Assembly: GCA_039030515.1 (NCBI GenBank)
Contig: JBCCEA010000010.1
Span: forward strand, 32,001-96,000
DNA from: Myxococcota bacterium
GTDB lineage: Bacteria > Myxococcota_A > Polyangia > Polyangiales > Houyiibacteriaceae
Reading direction: 5' to 3'
DNA: 64,000 nt
In this document: in pieces, positions 60,558-64,000 of the stretch
How the letters are laid out: every line of letters starts with the position of its first letter
How positions within the stretch are numbered: the first letter of the stretch is position 1
Translations under genes and position numbers: made by a program
Notes under the pieces: generated by a model
Seen by the model: the letters and a program-made list of their open reading frames with translations, nothing else
Database searches by the model: none
What the model was told of the DNA's origin: nothing

Positions 60558-61913
60558 TCAATCCTGAGCCCCGGTATCTTCTGGTGACTGGAACAGAGCG
60601 TCCACAAAGCTTTCGGTTTGGAAGGCCTTGAGATCTTCAATGCGCTCTCCGATTCCGATATAGCGGACCGGTATCTTATGGGTTTCCACAATGCCCAGTA
60701 TCACGCCTCCCTTAGCGGTTCCATCGAGCTTCGTGAGGACGATGCCGGAGACGGGTAGTGCCTGCTTGAACAGCTCAGCTTGGCGAATCGCGTTTTGTCC
60801 GGTCGTAGAATCCAGCACAAGAAAGATCTCGTCCACCGGGCGTCCGGCGGCCTTTTCGGAGGAACGGAGCACTTTCTTTAGTTCTTCCATTAGGTTGTCT
60901 TTTGTGTGGAGCCGCCCTGCAGTGTCCGCGATCACCACGTCGGCTTGACGCTCGATTCCCTGTTTGATGGCCTCGTAAATCACTGCGGAAGGATCTGCGC
61001 GATCTTTACCTTTCACTACGGTACAGCCCACGCGCCTACCCCACACATCAAGCTGAAGCACTGCAGCCGCACGGAAGGTGTCGCCAGCGGCGAGGATCAC
61101 GTCCTGCCCTCGATCGGAAAACTGGCTCGCCAACTTTCCGATAGTGGTGGTCTTCCCCGCGCCGTTCACGCCGATGACTAGGATGATCTTAGGTTTGTTC
61201 TCGGAGCTCGAGGCTTTTTCTGATGTCTCTAAAATCTTCGCTGCCTCGACTCGAATTGCGTCCCAGATCTCCTCATGATGCTTCAGCTCGCCGGAAGCTA
61301 CTTTGTTTTTAAGCTGCTCGAGGATGCTTTGCGTGGTTTGAACTCCGACATCTGCAGTGATCAGTACCTCTTCGATTTCGTCGAGCAGCGCTGGTGCAAG
61401 TTCATCCCTTTTACTGAAGAGCTTTGCGAGTCGTGCAACGAAGCCACCTCTTGTCGCGGACAGTCCCTTGCGAAGCGCCCGAACCTCTTCCTCCGTAGTT
61501 GCGTTGGCGGTCGATGTTCCCTCCTCTGTTGAGGGTGCATGCTCGGGTGCGACCTCAAGTTTCGAAGCCGACAGCTGCGGTGAGGCCGCTTCAGTCGGAG
61601 CAGATCCAGACTCGATATCCTCCGAACTCGCATCGGGTGCAGGCCCAGGTGCGGTTAAGGTTTCGACCGTTGGTGCCGAGCGCGCTGCGCTTGTTTCGAC
61701 CGAGCGCGCTGCGCTTGTTTCGACCGAGCGCGCTGCGCTTGTTTCGACCGAACGCGCTGCGCTTGTTTCGACGTGCTCTTTGGTACCGGATGGTTGGTTC
61801 GGGCCGATTAAATTTTTCGTCGATGAGCGTTCATCAAGACTGCTCTTCCAACGAAAGAACAATACCAGAACACCGAGGCCCGCTAAGAGGACGAGGGCTG
61901 TCCAGAATTCCAT
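60558..61913 (-). CDS. ftsY: Signal recognition particle receptor
   Basis: GVNGAGKTTTIGKLA, DTFRAAA, DTAGRLH, TKLDGTAKGG; N-terminal TM helix. Confidence 0.96.
   Translation of the reverse strand: MEFWTALVLLAGLGVLVLFFRWKSSLDERSSTKNLIGPNQPSGTKEHVETSAARSVETSAARSVETSAARSVETSAARSAPTVETLTAPGPAPDASSEDIESGSAPTEAASPQLSASKLEVAPEHAPSTEEGTSTANATTEEEVRALRKGLSATRGGFVARLAKLFSKRDELAPALLDEIEEVLITADVGVQTTQSILEQLKNKVASGELKHHEEIWDAIRVEAAKILETSEKASSSENKPKIILVIGVNGAGKTTTIGKLASQFSDRGQDVILAAGDTFRAAAVLQLDVWGRRVGCTVVKGKDRADPSAVIYEAIKQGIERQADVVIADTAGRLHTKDNLMEELKKVLRSSEKAAGRPVDEIFLVLDSTTGQNAIRQAELFKQALPVSGIVLTKLDGTAKGGVILGIVETHKIPVRYIGIGERIEDLKAFQTESFVDALFQSPEDTGAQD
61677..61772. repeat. 4x24-bp in-frame tandem repeat in ftsY (VETSAARS)
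   Basis: CGAGCGCGCTGCGCTTGTTTCGAC x4, one synonymous variant. Confidence 0.95.
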
Positions 61914-61995
61914 GGTTCCTCTTGCGCAGCACTGCCACGCCGGGCAGTACTATAGTTAGATGGTTCGGATTGCGTCAACGCGGTTGGTCTAGCTC

Positions 61996-63705
61996 TCAGG
62001 CCGGAGTGTCTGTAACCGGCATTTCTGTGGTTGGCCTCTCTTTGGCTAGCGCTTCCGACCTTAGCCGAATGATCTGCACGTCTCGAAGACTAGGAACTTC
62101 GGGGGCGTAGCACGCTTCTTCCACTGCCTCTGCCAATTTTTTCAGTTGCTCCAGCGGAACCCTGCTGGAATCGCAACGCCTTACCAACTCCCGATTTGTG
62201 AGCGTTGCCCAGGATTGCTGTTCATGAAGCAACCCCATGATCAGTTTCTGAAACGGAATCAATGCGTGCTCACGAAGGCTGCGTAGCCGAATCTTTGCTT
62301 CTGACCATTCTCCCCGATGCGGGATGTGAAGTTCGGCCTGCGTTGGCATGTACCCGCGGGCTCGTACCTGCAGGGAGTAGTCGCCTTCTTCGAGGGGAGG
62401 TGAGCAGAAGCTATGCTGCTCCCCTAGGGGCACGTCTACTTCGCTACCGTCTGGTGCTGTCAAGAGGGCTCTAGCCTCATCGATGCATCGGTCGTCCCAG
62501 TGGTCGACGACTCGGAGGCTCAGTTCATAGCGTTTTGGCCTGGGGACTACAGTGGCCGATCTCTCCGATTCTGTTTTGGGAGACCGTGTCGCGTGTGGTT
62601 TGTCGAGAACTGCGGTTTTGGTTTGACGACGGCCTAGGGCCAGCAGTGCGAACAGCGCGGCTGAAGGCCAAAGCCAGATCCAAAACGAGTCGCTACCCTG
62701 AGTTCCGGGATGAAGCTCGATCGGGGTCGATAGCGCGGAACTTCTGCCTGGATCGTCGCTGGTAAAACGCGCCTGAAGTAGACCACGTGCCTGGTGCTGC
62801 CATTCTCCTGAGCCGACCTCCAAAGAGAACTGGCCGTTCGCATCCGTGAGCGCTGTAGCAAGATGTGTATCGTCCAAGAAGAGTCCAACAGCTCGCTCGG
62901 GCAGGGGGCCAACGCTATCGGAAAGTTGACCGCCGGCTACGATGGGCTGGCCCATACGGACGGCACGGGTTTGCAGGGTGAGGACAGTCCGCCTGTAGCG
63001 GATGATCGGCGATTCGGATCGCGCTCCCTCGTGATATTTGCCCGGGCGAGCTATCGCCACGAGCTTTCCTGCGCCAGGCTGTCCAAGCAGCCGCGAGGCT
63101 AGACGGATGCTCGCTGTTCCATGTTGGTCGGTGGTCGCTCGGGCGAGTGGGCGTGATAGTTCATCGAAGAGCTCGATGGGAATGCCTCGTCCCCCTGTCT
63201 TTGACCGCGCGACGATATCGATCGCATGCGCTCTGGCGTCGAGATCGAAGCGGCCCTGATGTGCGAGTACGAGTCGAAGGCTCACGTTGGCCCGATGCGG
63301 GTCGATATCTCGGATCGCTTCGACGGGTCCGTAGCCGTCACCACCGTCGAAGCGGGCGCGTATCCTGAATCTCCTCGGTTGGTGCGGCGGGAGAGAGACC
63401 CTGAAGGTTCCTTGGGAATCCGTATAGGCGGCAAGGTGCTTGTGCCAGCTGTCGCTCCCGGTGTCGGTGGAGACCACGATTCGACGAGTGCTGAGCGGTG
63501 TTCCGCTATCGTCGCGCAAAATGCCCGACACGACGGTGGCTCCAGGATTCGAGTCTACGCTGAGCTCGATTCGCGTCTCTGCGCGTACCCGTAGCGTGGT
63601 CTGAGACTGAACCATGCCTCCGCCAAGCGTGATGCCGAAGACAAACGTCACGAGGCATACCATCGACGCATTTACAGGTGGTTTTGGTCTATTCCTCACC
63701 CGCAC
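61996..63705 (-). CDS. Membrane-anchored protein with tandem Ig-like/carboxypeptidase-regulatory-like domains
   Basis: Signal peptide, three T.D..G.F/T motifs, internal TM helix, G.Y.L.V.A.GY motif; start uncertain. Confidence 0.65.
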   Translation of the reverse strand: MRVRNRPKPPVNASMVCLVTFVFGITLGGGMVQSQTTLRVRAETRIELSVDSNPGATVVSGILRDDSGTPLSTRRIVVSTDTGSDSWHKHLAAYTDSQGTFRVSLPPHQPRRFRIRARFDGGDGYGPVEAIRDIDPHRANVSLRLVLAHQGRFDLDARAHAIDIVARSKTGGRGIPIELFDELSRPLARATTDQHGTASIRLASRLLGQPGAGKLVAIARPGKYHEGARSESPIIRYRRTVLTLQTRAVRMGQPIVAGGQLSDSVGPLPERAVGLFLDDTHLATALTDANGQFSLEVGSGEWQHQARGLLQARFTSDDPGRSSALSTPIELHPGTQGSDSFWIWLWPSAALFALLALGRRQTKTAVLDKPHATRSPKTESERSATVVPRPKRYELSLRVVDHWDDRCIDEARALLTAPDGSEVDVPLGEQHSFCSPPLEEGDYSLQVRARGYMPTQAELHIPHRGEWSEAKIRLRSLREHALIPFQKLIMGLLHEQQSWATLTNRELVRRCDSSRVPLEQLKKLAEAVEEACYAPEVPSLRDVQIIRLRSEALAKERPTTEMPVTDTPA

Positions 63706-64000
63706 GGACAGGCCACGCCGAGGCCTCTGCTTATGTAATTTTTGGATCGCATGCGAAAATAGCCGCGTGCGATGCGTGTTTCTGCGATAATCATCAGGCT
63801 CCCCTTCGGTATGAGTCTGTCTACCAAAACGGGCTTTTGAACAGCATCCGGGGCAAGCGAAGATATTGATTCCGGGAGATGTGGGTGAGGGACCTGGGCT
63901 TTAGCGCACGACGATTCTTGGTGTTTATCGGCGCCAGTCTAAGTGCGTGCCTCTGCATTTCGGTCGTCGCAGCCCAGACGGAACGACAACACTATATGCT

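Noticed and set aside
61677..61772. Possible CRISPR array
   Set aside because: Head-to-tail repeats with no spacers, in frame within ftsY, and no cas genes.

Overview
GC-rich bacterial core-chromosome window, most likely from a myxobacterium (Myxococcota). That assignment is inferred from the MXAN_5187-type protein, the GltA/GltB-like barrels and the ACIII-caa3 operon, not from a database search. It carries tRNA-Cys, tRNA-Val and RNase P RNA; acnA and a Grx4-HesB-rhodanese fusion; thiolase/hbd/crt/ridA; serA-hisZ-purA; a 12-gene alternative complex III + caa3 oxidase operon; pgsA, asnS, ppk1; a peptide ABC transporter lacking ATPases; pdxA-uvrA; ftsY. No CRISPR array, prophage or transposase was seen. 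Best candidates for undescribed biology: (1) a MerR-like gene paired with a stand-alone Cys/His-rich sigma70 region-4 protein behind an AT-rich promoter island (42.0-43.3 kb); (2) a DUF296/PPC protein with a basic AT-hook-like linker and a PcrA-type Tudor tail (32.0-33.0 kb); (3) a highly structured ~170-nt leader with alternative terminator-like folds (56.06-56.23 kb); (4) a CoxB with a 9-residue insertion inside the CuA loop and an ActF with a ~20-His insert; (5) recurrent 17-24 bp tandem micro-duplications at gene ends and spacers. All family assignments are by eye from motifs.
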